From NCBI GenBank assembly GCA_964584305.1, contig CAZOZL010000004.1, positions 258,616-322,615 on the forward strand: DNA of 64,000 bases, given 5' to 3'. Origin of the DNA: an uncultured Burkholderiales bacterium. Lineage in GTDB: Bacteria; Bacteroidota; Bacteroidia; UBA8524. The translations under genes were made by a program, and so were the position numbers. Below the pieces are notes generated by a model. That model made no database searches. It was not told where the DNA came from and saw nothing but the letters and a program-made list of their open reading frames with translations. Shown piece after piece: positions 49,654-60,178 of the stretch (position 1 is the first letter of the stretch; each line of letters opens with the position of its first letter).

Positions 49654-51582
49654 ATGATAAAAATAACTTTTCCCGATGGGGCAGTGAGAGAGTATCAAGT
49701 AGGGGTTACTCCAATGGAAATAGCTAAATCAATTAGCGATGGTTTTGCACGAAACGTATTAGCCGCTAAAATAAACGATAAAAAAACAGAAGCATCAACA
49801 CCCATCACCGCTGATGCAGACCTTACCTTATACACATGGAGAGATACTGATGGGAAAGAGGCTTTTTGGCACTCATCAGCACATTTATTAGCAGAAGCTG
49901 TGCAAGCCTGTTACCCCAAAGCAAAATTTGGAATAGGTCCAGCCATAGAAAAAGGCTTTTATTACGATATTGATTTTGGTGATGATGTTATAAATGCAGA
50001 GGCATTGCAAAAAATTGAAGCCAAAATGAAAGAATTGGCAAAAGAAAACAATCCATTTGCAATGAGTGAGGTAAGCAAAGCAGAAGCTATTGATTACTTT
50101 ACCAAAAAAGGAGATAATCTAAAATTAGACCTGATAAAAGACTTGGAAGATGGCAGCATAACCTTTTGCACACAAGGTAACTTTACTGATTTGTGTAGAG
50201 GCTTTCATGTGCCTTCAACAGGTTATATTAAAGCTATTAAGCTATTAAACATAGCAGGGGCATATTGGCGGGGCGATGAAAACAACCAGCAGCTTACCCG
50301 TATTTATGGTATCACTTTCCCAAAAAATAAAGAGTTAGAAGAGCATTTATACCTATTAGAAGAAGCGAAACGCCGAGACCATCGTAAATTAGGTAAAGAG
50401 TTAGAATTATTTACCTTTAGTGATAAAGTAGGGCAGGGGCTACCCCTTTGGCTACCCAAAGGAGCATTAATTCGTGATAGGCTTACCAGATTTATGCAGC
50501 AAGCCCAAACCGATAGGGGCTATCTACCCGTTATTACACCACATATTGGCAAAAAAGAATTATACATCACCAGCGGGCATTATGAAAAATATGGCAACGA
50601 TTCTTTTCAACCTATAAAAACGCCTGACGAGGACGAAGAGTTTTTGCTGAAACCAATGAATTGCCCACACCATTGCGAGATATATAAATACAAACCACAC
50701 TCATACAAAGACTTACCTTTGCGCTTTGCCGAGTTTGGAACGGTTTATCGCTACGAGCAAAGCGGAGAATTAAGCGGGTTAACCCGTGTGCGTGGGTTTA
50801 CACAAGACGATGCACATATATTTTGCAGACCCGACCAAGTGATTGAGGAATTTAATGTGGTGATAGATTTGGTGAAATACGTGTTTAATAAATTGGGTTT
50901 CGATGATTATACAGCACAAATATCGCTGCGTGATAAAGAAGATAGAAGCAAGTATATAGGCACTGATGAAAATTGGGAAAAAGCCGAGCAAGCCATAATA
51001 CAAGCAACAGCAGAAAAAGGCTTAGAAACCGTTACAAAATATGGTGAGGCAGCTTTTTATGGGCCTAAGTTAGATTTTATGGTAAAAGACGTGCTGGGTC
51101 GCCAGTGGCAATTAGGCACTATACAGGTGGATTATAACCTGCCAGAACGTTTTGAATTAGAATATACTGGTGAGGATAACCAAAAACACCGCCCAGTAAT
51201 GATACACCGTGCGCCTTTTGGCTCGCTCGAGCGTTTCTTTGCAATACTCACAGAACATTGTGCAGGCAATTTCCCTTTGTGGCTATGTCCTGAGCAAATA
51301 GCAGTACTGCCCATAAGCGATAAATTTTCAAAATATGCTAATGATGTTTTAAATTACTTAAAAAAGTACGATATTCGCGGCTTCGTGGACGAACGTGCTG
51401 AGAAGATTGGTAAAAAAATTCGCGATGCAGAGGTAGCCAAAGTGCCATTTATGCTAATAATAGGCGAGAAAGAAGTGAATGAAGAGAAAATTTCTGTGCG
51501 AAAGCATGGAAAGGGTGATGTAGGAACTTTTTCGTTTACAGAGTTTACAGCATATTTTAATGAGCAGTTGGATATTAATTAA
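49654..51582 (+). CDS. thrS: Threonine--tRNA ligase
   Basis: TGS domain N-terminus ([24 protein letters not shown]). Class II motifs (FRNE-like ...[12 protein letters not shown]). Anticodon-binding C-terminal domain. Confidence 0.95.
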   Translation: MIKITFPDGAVREYQVGVTPMEIAKSISDGFARNVLAAKINDKKTEASTPITADADLTLYTWRDTDGKEAFWHSSAHLLAEAVQACYPKAKFGIGPAIEKGFYYDIDFGDDVINAEALQKIEAKMKELAKENNPFAMSEVSKAEAIDYFTKKGDNLKLDLIKDLEDGSITFCTQGNFTDLCRGFHVPSTGYIKAIKLLNIAGAYWRGDENNQQLTRIYGITFPKNKELEEHLYLLEEAKRRDHRKLGKELELFTFSDKVGQGLPLWLPKGALIRDRLTRFMQQAQTDRGYLPVITPHIGKKELYITSGHYEKYGNDSFQPIKTPDEDEEFLLKPMNCPHHCEIYKYKPHSYKDLPLRFAEFGTVYRYEQSGELSGLTRVRGFTQDDAHIFCRPDQVIEEFNVVIDLVKYVFNKLGFDDYTAQISLRDKEDRSKYIGTDENWEKAEQAIIQATAEKGLETVTKYGEAAFYGPKLDFMVKDVLGRQWQLGTIQVDYNLPERFELEYTGEDNQKHRPVMIHRAPFGSLERFFAILTEHCAGNFPLWLCPEQIAVLPISDKFSKYANDVLNYLKKYDIRGFVDERAEKIGKKIRDAEVAKVPFMLIIGEKEVNEEKISVRKHGKGDVGTFSFTEFTAYFNEQLDIN

Positions 51583-51608
51583 TAATTTCATTTTTAACGG
51601 AGGTAAAT

Positions 51609-52169
51609 ATCGCAATTAAAAAAAGGGGAAGAAGACCATACAGACCCCGTGTTACAGAGCCCGAACACCGGATAAACGGAAGAATAACCGCAAGAGAGGT
51701 GCGGGTAGTGGGTGAAACTATTGAGCCAGGTGTATATCCAATAGAAAAAGCATTGGATGTAGCCAGAGAGCTTGAGGTTGATTTGGTTGAAATTTCGCCT
51801 AATGCCAGTCCGCCAGTTTGTAGAGTGGTAGATTATAAAAAATTTCTTTACGAGCAGAAAAAGAAAAAGAAAGAAATTAAAGCGAACGCCGTTAAAACAG
51901 TAGTAAAAGAAATTAGATTTGGACCTAATACTGACGACCATGATGTTGATTTTAAACTAAAACACGCCATTAAATTTTTAGAAGAAGGCTCTAAAGTGCG
52001 TGCCTATGTGTTTTTCAGAGGTCGTTCAATAGTGTTTAAAGAAAGAGGGGAAGTATTATTATTAAAATTTGCCGAAGACTTAGTAGAATATGGCAAAGTA
52101 GAGATGATGCCAAAAATGGAAGGCAAAAAAATGATAATAATGTTAGCTCCAAAACCAAAAGGGAAATAA
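51609..52169 (+). CDS. infC: Translation initiation factor IF-3, non-AUG (AUC/AUU) start
   Basis: The in-frame extension upstream of the track ORF (51699) reads (M)[35 protein letters not shown]. This is the conserved IF-3 N-terminus, with no ATG but ATC (51609) and ATT (51615) codons. Established infC autoregulatory feature. Confidence 0.85.
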   Translation: MAIKKRGRRPYRPRVTEPEHRINGRITAREVRVVGETIEPGVYPIEKALDVARELEVDLVEISPNASPPVCRVVDYKKFLYEQKKKKKEIKANAVKTVVKEIRFGPNTDDHDVDFKLKHAIKFLEEGSKVRAYVFFRGRSIVFKERGEVLLLKFAEDLVEYGKVEMMPKMEGKKMIIMLAPKPKGK

Positions 52170-52193
52170 AATTTTTAATAAAAGGATACAGCA

Positions 52194-52394
52194 ATGCCAA
52201 AAATGAAGACAGTATCAGGTGCTAAAAAGAGATTTAAAGTAACTGGTAGCGGAAAAATAAGAATGAACCACTCTTTTAAGAGGCACATTCTTACCAAAAA
52301 AGAGAAAAAACAAAAACGTAATTTAACTCATTCAGCATATGTTAGCGATGCTGATAAGAGTAATGTTAAAATAATGCTAACCATCGGAAAATAA
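52194..52394 (+). CDS. rpmI: 50S ribosomal protein L35
   Basis: [22 protein letters not shown]. Confidence 0.95.
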   Translation: MPKMKTVSGAKKRFKVTGSGKIRMNHSFKRHILTKKEKKQKRNLTHSAYVSDADKSNVKIMLTIGK

Positions 52395-52471
52395 TTTTTT
52401 ATTGTTTCACCCAGTATTTAGCCCCAAAGTTTCGTAACAAAAACGAACGCTAGCTACTAAAAATTAAAACT

Positions 52472-52816
52472 ATGCCTCGTTCAGTCAACACCGTTGCTTC
52501 ACGTAGAAGAAGAAAAAAAATCTTAAACCTTGCAAAAGGATATTGGGGTCGCCGTAAAAATGTTTGGACAGTAGCCAAAAATGCGGTCGAAAAAGGTTTG
52601 CAATACGCATACCGTGATAGAAAAACCAAAAAACGTAATTTCCGCGCATTGTGGATACAACGTATTAATGCTGCCACCCGCCAAGAGGGGATGAGCTACT
52701 CTGTATTTATGGGTAAAGCAAATGTTAAAAATATAGGGCTAAACCGTAAAGTATTAGCAGATTTAGCAATGAACCACCCCGAAGCATTTAAAGCGGTGGT
52801 GAAAGCAGTGAAATAA
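52472..52816 (+). CDS. rplT: 50S ribosomal protein L20
   Basis: [30 protein letters not shown]. Confidence 0.95.
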   Translation: MPRSVNTVASRRRRKKILNLAKGYWGRRKNVWTVAKNAVEKGLQYAYRDRKTKKRNFRALWIQRINAATRQEGMSYSVFMGKANVKNIGLNRKVLADLAMNHPEAFKAVVKAVK

Positions 52817-52839
52817 GAAAATATATTTCAAAATAATAA

Positions 52840-52867
52840 AAGGGGCTAAATTTTAGTCCCTTTTTTG
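52840..52867 (+). terminator. Rho-independent terminator after rplT
   Basis: GGGGCTA...TAGTCCC stem followed by TTTTTT. Confidence 0.65.
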
Positions 52868-53235
52868 TTGAATATGCGGCTCATAAGTTAACTTTAAGAC
52901 ATTGGCTTAATCATAGCGAACAAACAAAATCGGATACAGCCTATATAGAGATTTATATTTGCGACAAGGGACGATGCCTTTTTAATGATTGAAACAACCT
53001 ATGGTTCTCTTTATTCTTATTTTCAAATTTTTTGTTTAGTCAAAATTTTGATATATATAATGGGGGGTACAGATGAATACTATCTTTTTGTTGAAGTTCC
53101 CAATGAAGTTAATTCTTCACATCCGTATAAGATACTTGAATATAAATGGTAGTGGTTAAAAGTAGTGGGTAATCTATCTAAACAAAAAAGTGAGATGTTT
53201 ATTAGTTTATTAGCAGAAGTAACAATAACTGCCCA

Positions 53236-53931
53236 CTACTCATAAAACACAGCCACCTCTTCCAAAGGTTTGCGGTGTATATGTGGTACCCAAATTTCGG
53301 TGGCAGGATAGCCTACGGGTATTAATAAAAAAGGACGCTCATTATCAGGACGTTTTAATAAATTTTTCAAAAAATTCATTGGGCTGGGAGTATGCGTTAG
53401 CGACATTAACCCCGCCTTTTGTATAGCGTGTAATAAAAAACCACACGCTAACCCCACCGATTCTGACACATAGTAGTTATTATTTTTCTCGCCTTCCTTT
53501 CCAAACTCAAAAATACGCTTAAACACTATAATCAAGTAGGGCGCAGTTTCTAAAAAAGGTTTACGCCAGTCTGTCCCCAAAGGCTCAAGGTCTTTCAACC
53601 AAGTTTTTGCCATGCGCCCGTTATAGCTGTCGTATTCCTCTTTTTCGGCAGCAATACGTATTTCTTTTTTCATTTCAGGATTAGATACTACACAAAAAGT
53701 CCACGGTTGTTTATGCGCCCCCGATGGTGCTGTTGATGCTGCTTTTATCAAGTTTTCTATCACCTCTTTTGCCACAGGTTTATCAGAAAACTCACGCACA
53801 GTGCGGCGTTGTTCCATAAATGTATAAATATCTTGTGCATTTTCAAGCATTTCATCAGCACTAAGTTCTGCGGGAGTATATCTCACAAAATCGTGCCCAT
53901 TAATGGGTTTTACTTCACCATACAAATCCAT
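53236..53931 (-). CDS. Nitroreductase-superfamily flavoprotein, iodotyrosine deiodinase (IYD)-like
   Basis: RRTVREFSDKPVAKEVIENLIKAASTAPSGAHKQPWTFCVV and the downstream ...LETAPYLIIVFK...LLIPVGYPA closely parallel the IYD dehalogenase subfamily as I recall it. Confidence 0.7.
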   Translation of the reverse strand: MDLYGEVKPINGHDFVRYTPAELSADEMLENAQDIYTFMEQRRTVREFSDKPVAKEVIENLIKAASTAPSGAHKQPWTFCVVSNPEMKKEIRIAAEKEEYDSYNGRMAKTWLKDLEPLGTDWRKPFLETAPYLIIVFKRIFEFGKEGEKNNNYYVSESVGLACGFLLHAIQKAGLMSLTHTPSPMNFLKNLLKRPDNERPFLLIPVGYPATEIWVPHIHRKPLEEVAVFYE

Positions 53932-54007
53932 AATACAAGGTTATTTAAAGTTGAGCAAAATAAGTTCTAATTTTGCGCCATCATTTTTTTAGTCAACAAT
54001 TAATTTT

Positions 54008-54787
54008 ATGAGTTACGAAAACATAATCACCAAAAAAGAGAATGCTGTTTTAATTATCACCATAAACCGTGAAAGTAAGCTAAATGCACTTAACATTAAA
54101 ACACTTCAAGAAATTAAAGCCGCCGTTACTGCCATACAAAACGATAAAGAGGTGAGCGGTATTATTTTAACAGGGGCAGGGACAAAGGCTTTTGCAGCAG
54201 GTGCTGATATTGCCGAGTTTGCAAACTTTAGTGTAGAGCAAGGCACTACTATGAGTGCCAACGGACATGAAGTGATGAATGCCATAGAGCACTCTAAAAA
54301 GCCTGTAATAGCGGCTGTTAATGGTTTTGCTTTGGGCGGCGGTTGTGAGTTGGCTATGGCTTGCCATATACGTATAGCAGCAGAAAATGCACGTTTTGGG
54401 CAACCTGAAGTGAGTTTGGGTTTAGTACCTGGTTACGCAGGTACGCAACGTTTAGTACAGCTAATAGGGAAAGGTAAAGCACTTGAACTTTTAATGACGG
54501 GCGATGCCATAAAAGCCGATGAGGCGAAAACTCTGGGCTTGGTAAACCATGTTGTAACTCAAGAAGAATTGATGAATAAATGCCTTGAGTTATTAAACAA
54601 AATAAACACTAAAGCCCCTTTGGCTATACAAAGTGTTATCCGATTAGTAAACACACATTACAATAAGAAAAACGATGGTTTTGAGGCTGAAATAAATGAC
54701 TTTGGAAACTCGTTTGGCACTAAAGATTTTAAAGAAGGTACTGATGCTTTTTTAAACAAGCGCAAAGCTGTTTTCATAGGCGAATAA
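54008..54787 (+). CDS. Enoyl-CoA hydratase/isomerase (crotonase) family protein
   Basis: Crotonase fold with oxyanion-hole motifs (GAGTKAFAAGADI; AAVNGFALGGGCELAMACHIRIAAE). Confidence 0.85.
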   Translation: MSYENIITKKENAVLIITINRESKLNALNIKTLQEIKAAVTAIQNDKEVSGIILTGAGTKAFAAGADIAEFANFSVEQGTTMSANGHEVMNAIEHSKKPVIAAVNGFALGGGCELAMACHIRIAAENARFGQPEVSLGLVPGYAGTQRLVQLIGKGKALELLMTGDAIKADEAKTLGLVNHVVTQEELMNKCLELLNKINTKAPLAIQSVIRLVNTHYNKKNDGFEAEINDFGNSFGTKDFKEGTDAFLNKRKAVFIGE

Positions 54788-54809
54788 ATCAATTTTTGAA
54801 GTAAGCAGT

Positions 54810-55133
54810 GCCTTGTGCAATATTCTCCCTAAAAAGGGAGAAGGTGTATAGAGGGCTTACTGTGTGTATGCTGAAAAGTTGGCAGTTCACTTTGAGTAAG
54901 TATAGATTTTTAACACCCCCTTGTATTCCCCCTTATTAGTGGGAAACCTACACACATTGCCTTGTGCGATATTCTCCCTAAAAAGGGAGAAGGTGTATGG
55001 AGGGCTTACTATGTGTATGCTGAAAAGTTGGCAGTTCACTTTGAGTAAGTATAGATTTTTAACACCCCCTTGTATTCCCCCTTATTAGTGGGAAACCTAC
55101 ACACATTGCCTTGTGCGATATTCTCCCTAAATT
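54810..55133. repeat. 149-bp tandem direct repeat, 2.2 copies, about 98% identical
   Basis: Units start at 54810, 54959 and 55108 (partial). Each unit contains CTCCCT-AAAA-AGGGAG and CTTACT...AGTAAG inverted repeats and C-rich runs. Confidence 0.9.
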
Positions 55134-55149
55134 TACTTATTACTCTTAC

Positions 55150-56232
55150 TTATGAGTATTTATCGCCCAGTTTAAGTTTTATATTGGTTACAATTTGTTT
55201 TACCTCTTGTTCTCGGCTTTTATCACAAATTAGTAGTACTTTATCAGTATCTACTATTATTTTATTTTCTAAACCGTTTATTACCACCAGCTTACCATTG
55301 GCTACATTTATCATGCAGTTTTTAGTGTCGTATAGTTCGCTCACATCGGCATTCACGGCATTATCGTTCTCGTCCAGCTCGTGTACTTCGTACAATGATG
55401 ACCATGTACCCAAATCACTCCACCCAAAATCGCAGGGTAATACAAATACATTGTCAGCTTTTTCTAAAACACCATAATCAATAGAGATGCTATTGCACAA
55501 AGGGTATATACGTTCTATGGCTTCTTTCTCATTAGGTGTATTATAATTAGCGGCTATGCCCTCGAAAATGTTGCTAATTTCTGGTAAAAAGTTTTCAAAA
55601 GAGTTAACTATGCTTTTTACAGACCATATAAAAATACCTGCATTCCACAAAAATTCACCACTTTCTAAAAATGTTTTTGCTAAATCAATATCAGGTTTTT
55701 CAGTAAAAGTTTTCACTTTGTTTATTCCCTTCACTACTTCTCCTTCTAAAAACTGAATATAGCCATACCCAGTATCGGGGCGAGTGGGTTTAATGCCTAA
55801 TGCTACTAAGGCAGGGTGGGTGGATGCAAATTGTAATGCATTTTCAATATCAGTTAAAAACTGTCGCTCATCTAATATTAAATGGTCGCTGGGGGCAATT
55901 ATACAACTTGCATTAGCGTCTATCTGTTTTATTTTATAGGTAGCATAAGCTACACAGGGGGCAGTATTTTTTGCTGCAGGCTCGCCTAAAATATTTTTTT
56001 CGGGTAAATTTGGCAAATGTTCTTTTACCAAATTGGTATATTTTTGGTTGGTAACTACAAAAATTCTTTCGGCGGGTATTAGCTTATTAAACCGCTCAAA
56101 GGTTTGAGTAATCAACGATTTCCCCGTTCCAAGGATATCTAAAAACTGCTTTGGGTGCGAGGTTTTGCTTAAAGGCCAAAACCTACTCCCAATTCCTCCT
56201 GCCATAATCACAACATAATAATCGTTAGCCAT
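55150..56232 (-). CDS. Mannose-1-phosphate guanylyltransferase (GDP-mannose pyrophosphorylase)
   Basis: N-terminal nucleotidyltransferase motif VVIMAGGIGSRFWPLS...PKQF. Confidence 0.85.
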   Translation of the reverse strand: MANDYYVVIMAGGIGSRFWPLSKTSHPKQFLDILGTGKSLITQTFERFNKLIPAERIFVVTNQKYTNLVKEHLPNLPEKNILGEPAAKNTAPCVAYATYKIKQIDANASCIIAPSDHLILDERQFLTDIENALQFASTHPALVALGIKPTRPDTGYGYIQFLEGEVVKGINKVKTFTEKPDIDLAKTFLESGEFLWNAGIFIWSVKSIVNSFENFLPEISNIFEGIAANYNTPNEKEAIERIYPLCNSISIDYGVLEKADNVFVLPCDFGWSDLGTWSSLYEVHELDENDNAVNADVSELYDTKNCMINVANGKLVVINGLENKIIVDTDKVLLICDKSREQEVKQIVTNIKLKLGDKYS

Positions 56233-56424
56233 CTCTATTTATTTTTTTCTTAACTTTGTGTACACTTTAAAACACTTACCCTATTCGAAGATATTTCTAC
56301 CTAAAAATTATTTTGATTTTTTATTGTAACTTACAGCTTGAAGTCGGGGACTGCAAAGGAATTAAAAACCGACGTGAAAGTAAAGCATTGTATGAAAATT
56401 AAGTTGTACCTACTAAGATAAGAC

Positions 56425-58620
56425 GTGATGGTAGAAAGTTCTGTTAGCCTAAAAGACTCATTGAAAGACTTTTTTGGTTTCGATTCATTTAAAGGAAACC
56501 AAGAACCAGTTATTGAAACTGTTATAAACGGTAAAGATGTTTTTGTGATAATGCCCACAGGGGCAGGGAAATCACTGTGTTACCAACTCCCTGCTTTAAT
56601 AAAGGAGGGAACGGCAATAGTTATATCTCCGCTCATTGCATTAATGAAAAACCAAGTAGATGCCATTCGTGGTTTTGGAAAAACGGATGCAATCGCTCAC
56701 TTTTTAAATTCTTCACTCTCGAAAGGAGATATATTAAAAGTAAAAGAGGATGTACGCAAAGGAAATACCAAGCTACTATATATAGCCCCCGAAACTTTAA
56801 AGAAAGAGGAAACCCTTGAGTTTTTAAAAAGCGTCAATATTGCCTTTGTGGCTGTTGATGAGGCGCATTGTATATCAGAGTGGGGGCATGATTTCCGTCC
56901 TGAGTATCGCCGTATTAAAACTATGGTGAAAGAATTGGGAGATATACCCATGATGGCGTTAACTGCTACCGCTACCCCAAAAGTGCAAGCAGATATTCAG
57001 AAAAACCTGAATATGAATGATGCTACTGTATTCAAATCATCATTTAATAGAGGCAATCTTTATTACGAAGTTAGAGCCAAAGAAAAAAAGGATAAAGTTT
57101 TTAAAGAGATTGTAGCTTATATAAATAAGCGGCAAAGTAAAAGTGGCATTATCTATTGTCTTAGTCGCAAAAAGGTGGAAGAGATAGCACAAATGCTAAA
57201 GGTAAACGGAATAAAAGCACTCCCTTACCATGCAGGTTTGGATGCAAAAACCCGTGCCGCCCACCAAGATGCTTTTTTGATGGAAGACTCCGATATTATA
57301 GTAGCTACCATAGCTTTTGGTATGGGGATAGATAAACCCGATGTGCGTTTTGTAATCCACTATGATGTACCTAAAAGCCTTGAGGGATACTATCAAGAAA
57401 CAGGACGTGCTGGGCGCGATGGTTTAGATGGCGATTGTATTTTATTTTTCAATCCCAGTGATATTGAAAAGTTAGAGAAATTTATGAAAGACAAACCTGT
57501 TGCCGAGCGTGAAATAGGCACGCAACTGTTGTTTGAAACCTCATCGTATGCAGAATCTGCCCAGTGTAGGCGCAAAATGTTATTACACTATTTTGGTGAG
57601 CATTTTGAAGCAGATGATTGTAATAAAATGTGCGATAATTGCCGCCACCCTAAAGACAAAGCAGAAGTTAGTGCTGAAATGGTAAAAGCTCTTTCTACTA
57701 TTAATGGCTTAGGCAATAAGTTTAATCTTAAACATATTGTAAAAGTACTTACAGGAGTCAAAATACAAGAGGTTACCGACCATGAGCATCATAAAACGCA
57801 ATACTTTGGCATTGGTAAAGACAAGGATGATAAGTTTTGGAAAGCCATTGTGCGTTTAGGTTTACTAAACCAACTGATTAATAAAGACATTGAAAACTAT
57901 GGCTTATTAACCACCAATAATGCAGGGCTGGAATATATAAACAAACCTACCCCTGTTGAAATGGCGTTGGATAACTCTTTTGAGAAAATAAACGACCAAG
58001 ATTTTGACATTATAGCCGTAGAAAATATTTTTGATAAAACACTTTTTGCCATACTAAAAGACCTTACCAAAAAAATAGGCAAGCAAAAAGGATTACCGCC
58101 TTATGTGATTTTTCAAGAGCCATCACTGGAAGATATGGCAGGAAAATACCCCATAACCATACAAGAAATGGAAAACATTGTTGGGGTGGGTAAAAACAAA
58201 GCCTTCAAATTTGGTAAACCTTTTATTACAGAAATAGCCAAATACGTTGAAGAAAATGAGATTGACCGCCCGCAGGATATTGTTATCCGTACTATGCCCA
58301 ATAAATCAGGCAAAAAAGTACAGCTAATTCAAAATATAGATAAAAAAGTGAGCCTTGAAGATTTAAGCCGTTCAAACGGTTTATCTATGGATGAGCTGAT
58401 TAAAGAGTTGGAACACATTGTATATTCAGGCACAAAACTTAATATCAAGTATTATATTAATGATATTTTGGATGAAGACCGGCAAGAAGAAATATTTGAT
58501 TACTTCAAATCTACCGTAGAAGATTCTATACAAGCTGCTGAAGATGAGTTTGAAGGGGAGTACTCTATGGAAGAACTACAACTAATGCGTATTCAGTTTA
58601 TTTCTGATATGGCAAATTAA
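56425..58620 (+). CDS. recQ: ATP-dependent DNA helicase RecQ
   Basis: FGFDSFKGNQEPVIETV..., Walker A PTGAGKSLCYQLPAL, DEAH box (VDEAHCISEWGHDFR), RQC and HRDC regions. 731 aa. Confidence 0.9.
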   Translation: MMVESSVSLKDSLKDFFGFDSFKGNQEPVIETVINGKDVFVIMPTGAGKSLCYQLPALIKEGTAIVISPLIALMKNQVDAIRGFGKTDAIAHFLNSSLSKGDILKVKEDVRKGNTKLLYIAPETLKKEETLEFLKSVNIAFVAVDEAHCISEWGHDFRPEYRRIKTMVKELGDIPMMALTATATPKVQADIQKNLNMNDATVFKSSFNRGNLYYEVRAKEKKDKVFKEIVAYINKRQSKSGIIYCLSRKKVEEIAQMLKVNGIKALPYHAGLDAKTRAAHQDAFLMEDSDIIVATIAFGMGIDKPDVRFVIHYDVPKSLEGYYQETGRAGRDGLDGDCILFFNPSDIEKLEKFMKDKPVAEREIGTQLLFETSSYAESAQCRRKMLLHYFGEHFEADDCNKMCDNCRHPKDKAEVSAEMVKALSTINGLGNKFNLKHIVKVLTGVKIQEVTDHEHHKTQYFGIGKDKDDKFWKAIVRLGLLNQLINKDIENYGLLTTNNAGLEYINKPTPVEMALDNSFEKINDQDFDIIAVENIFDKTLFAILKDLTKKIGKQKGLPPYVIFQEPSLEDMAGKYPITIQEMENIVGVGKNKAFKFGKPFITEIAKYVEENEIDRPQDIVIRTMPNKSGKKVQLIQNIDKKVSLEDLSRSNGLSMDELIKELEHIVYSGTKLNIKYYINDILDEDRQEEIFDYFKSTVEDSIQAAEDEFEGEYSMEELQLMRIQFISDMAN

Positions 58621-58683
58621 ATGCAATCATTCTTAAAAAAACATTTGATTACTACAATCCATTTATTACTTTTGCCACCCCAT

Positions 58684-58756
58684 TGTCCGATGGTGTAACT
58701 GGCAACACGTCTGTTTTTGGTGCAGAAGAGTCTAGGTTCGAGCCCTAGTCGGACAA
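58684..58756 (+). tRNA. tRNA-Gln (anticodon UUG)
   Basis: Folded by hand. The 7-bp acceptor TGTCCGA/TCGGACA (U1:A72), D stem GTGT/ACAC, anticodon stem TCTGT/GCAGA with loop TTTTGGT (anticodon TTG), T arm CTAGG-TTCGAGC-CCTAG, and discriminator A. CCA is not encoded. Confidence 0.85.
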
Positions 58757-58758
58757 CT

Positions 58759-58786
58759 AAAGCACCTTTATAGGTGCTTTTTTTGT
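58759..58786 (+). terminator. Rho-independent terminator after tRNA-Gln
   Basis: AGCACCT-ttat-AGGTGCT followed by TTTTTTT. Confidence 0.7.
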
Positions 58787-58905
58787 TTTCACCTGTCAAA
58801 ATAGTAAAGTCACTTGGTAAAAATTAAGTGTATTATTATACTACAACAAGTAAAAAATGGTGTTGCTATAAGAATGGCTGTAATGTATTTATTGGCTGGG
58901 CAGGT

Positions 58906-59535
58906 TTAGTTTTTCTTTTTCTTTTTGCTTTCCCACAATAACTCTTCTTGTTTTAGGTAGTGGTCATAAGTCTCCATATTTTGTGGGGCAGCTTCAAACT
59001 TTTTTAAAGCCTCTAAATATTTGGGGTGGTTTCTATATAATATATCCCTTGTAAAATAATGTGGCATAACCATAAAAAATATAGTATAAATAATAGGTAC
59101 AGCTAATCTGTAAAGGCTTCTTTTAGTAAAATTTTTGGCTTTTATAAAATGTGAAACCAAAACAATTGCAAAACTGAAAAATAATAAAAAAAATGAAATA
59201 ATTAGCAACTGAGAACTATAAAAAACGCTAAAAGAAGATATCGTGTGAGTAGCCATTACCAAACCTATCAAAGAACCTGCTAAAATTTTGCCACCAGTTA
59301 GTAGCGTATAAGCTTCTTTTTTTAAAAGATTATGAATTGAAATACCATTAAAAATAGCAAAGCCAAAGAATAAATAAAGAACTGTAAATATTTTAAAGCA
59401 CAAGCGTATAAGCCAATTTATATTAGAGTGATAGGGTTCATCAAAAGAATATAAATGGATAATGTGAAGTATTATGTAAACTAAAAATAAGCCAAGTTCA
59501 ATTATCCAGTTGATATTTTTACTTTTATTAGTCAT
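58906..59535 (-). CDS. Hypothetical integral membrane protein
   Basis: Five to six predicted transmembrane helices. Overlaps the rlmH stop by 8 nt. Confidence 0.5.
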   Translation of the reverse strand: MTNKSKNINWIIELGLFLVYIILHIIHLYSFDEPYHSNINWLIRLCFKIFTVLYLFFGFAIFNGISIHNLLKKEAYTLLTGGKILAGSLIGLVMATHTISSFSVFYSSQLLIISFFLLFFSFAIVLVSHFIKAKNFTKRSLYRLAVPIIYTIFFMVMPHYFTRDILYRNHPKYLEALKKFEAAPQNMETYDHYLKQEELLWESKKKKKN

Positions 59536-60001
59536 GATGATATGGTTCTCCTTTTAAAATAGTAAAAGCACGGTATAATTGTTCAGTAAAAACAAGCCGC
59601 ACCATTTGGTGTGAAAAGGTAAGCGGTGATAATGATAGTTTTCCTTCTGCTCTGTTGTATATCTCATTGCTAAAGCCATACGCACCCCCTATAACAAATA
59701 CTATTTGCTGCGCGCCTCTGTTTAATAACTTCTGAACATAGCTTGCCAATTGCGGCGAGGTATATTGCCTGCCGCCCTCATCCAACAGTATCAAAATATC
59801 GCTGGTACTGGTAGCAGCAAGTATTAGTTTCCCCTCTTTTTCTTTTAGCTCATTTTTGCTAAGGTTTTTGGCGTTCTTAATATCGGGTAGGGTGTGGGTA
59901 TCAAAACGGCAATAATGGCTAAGGCGTTGGCAATATATGCCAACGCCTTCCTCTATATATTTATCGGCAGTTTTGCCTACCCACAGTAGTTTTATTTTCA
60001 C
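59528..60001 (-). CDS. rlmH: 23S rRNA (pseudouridine1915-N3)-methyltransferase
   Basis: MKIKLLWVGKTADKYIEEG... SPOUT fold. 157 aa. Confidence 0.85.
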   Translation of the reverse strand: MKIKLLWVGKTADKYIEEGVGIYCQRLSHYCRFDTHTLPDIKNAKNLSKNELKEKEGKLILAATSTSDILILLDEGGRQYTSPQLASYVQKLLNRGAQQIVFVIGGAYGFSNEIYNRAEGKLSLSPLTFSHQMVRLVFTEQLYRAFTILKGEPYHHD

Positions 60002-60019
60002 TCTCTTTTTTTAATATTC

Positions 60020-60040
60020 CTTGTCATTGCGAGATTGTCC
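60020..60040. repeat. GTCATTGCGAG motif copy (reverse orientation of TCGCAATGAC)
   Basis: Same 10-11 nt core as at 32897, 36347 and 36487, in an intergenic position. Confidence 0.4.
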
Positions 60041-60178
60041 GCCCGAACCATTCAGGGGGGCTTCGTCGTTCTTTTCCATACGTTTATTTATGAGCCTACG
60101 CTTGGTAAACCTTGAGGTATTGAAAAACCTGATACTAATAAAAACGAAATTGTTGGTTTCATAGACACAGTTTTATAT

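Noticed and set aside
54810-55133. Considered a CRISPR array
   Set aside because: The period is 149 bp, the units are near-identical throughout rather than repeat and spacer, and no cas genes are nearby.
55070-55477. 135-aa ORF across the tandem repeat
   Set aside because: It is low-complexity Ser/Leu-rich, driven by the repeat sequence, and overlaps antisense with the well-supported mannose-1-P guanylyltransferase gene.
58600-58900. Checked for an integrase or genomic island at the tRNA-Gln locus
   Set aside because: No integrase, direct repeat of the tRNA 3' end, or compositional shift is visible. The tRNA is followed by its own terminator and ordinary genes.
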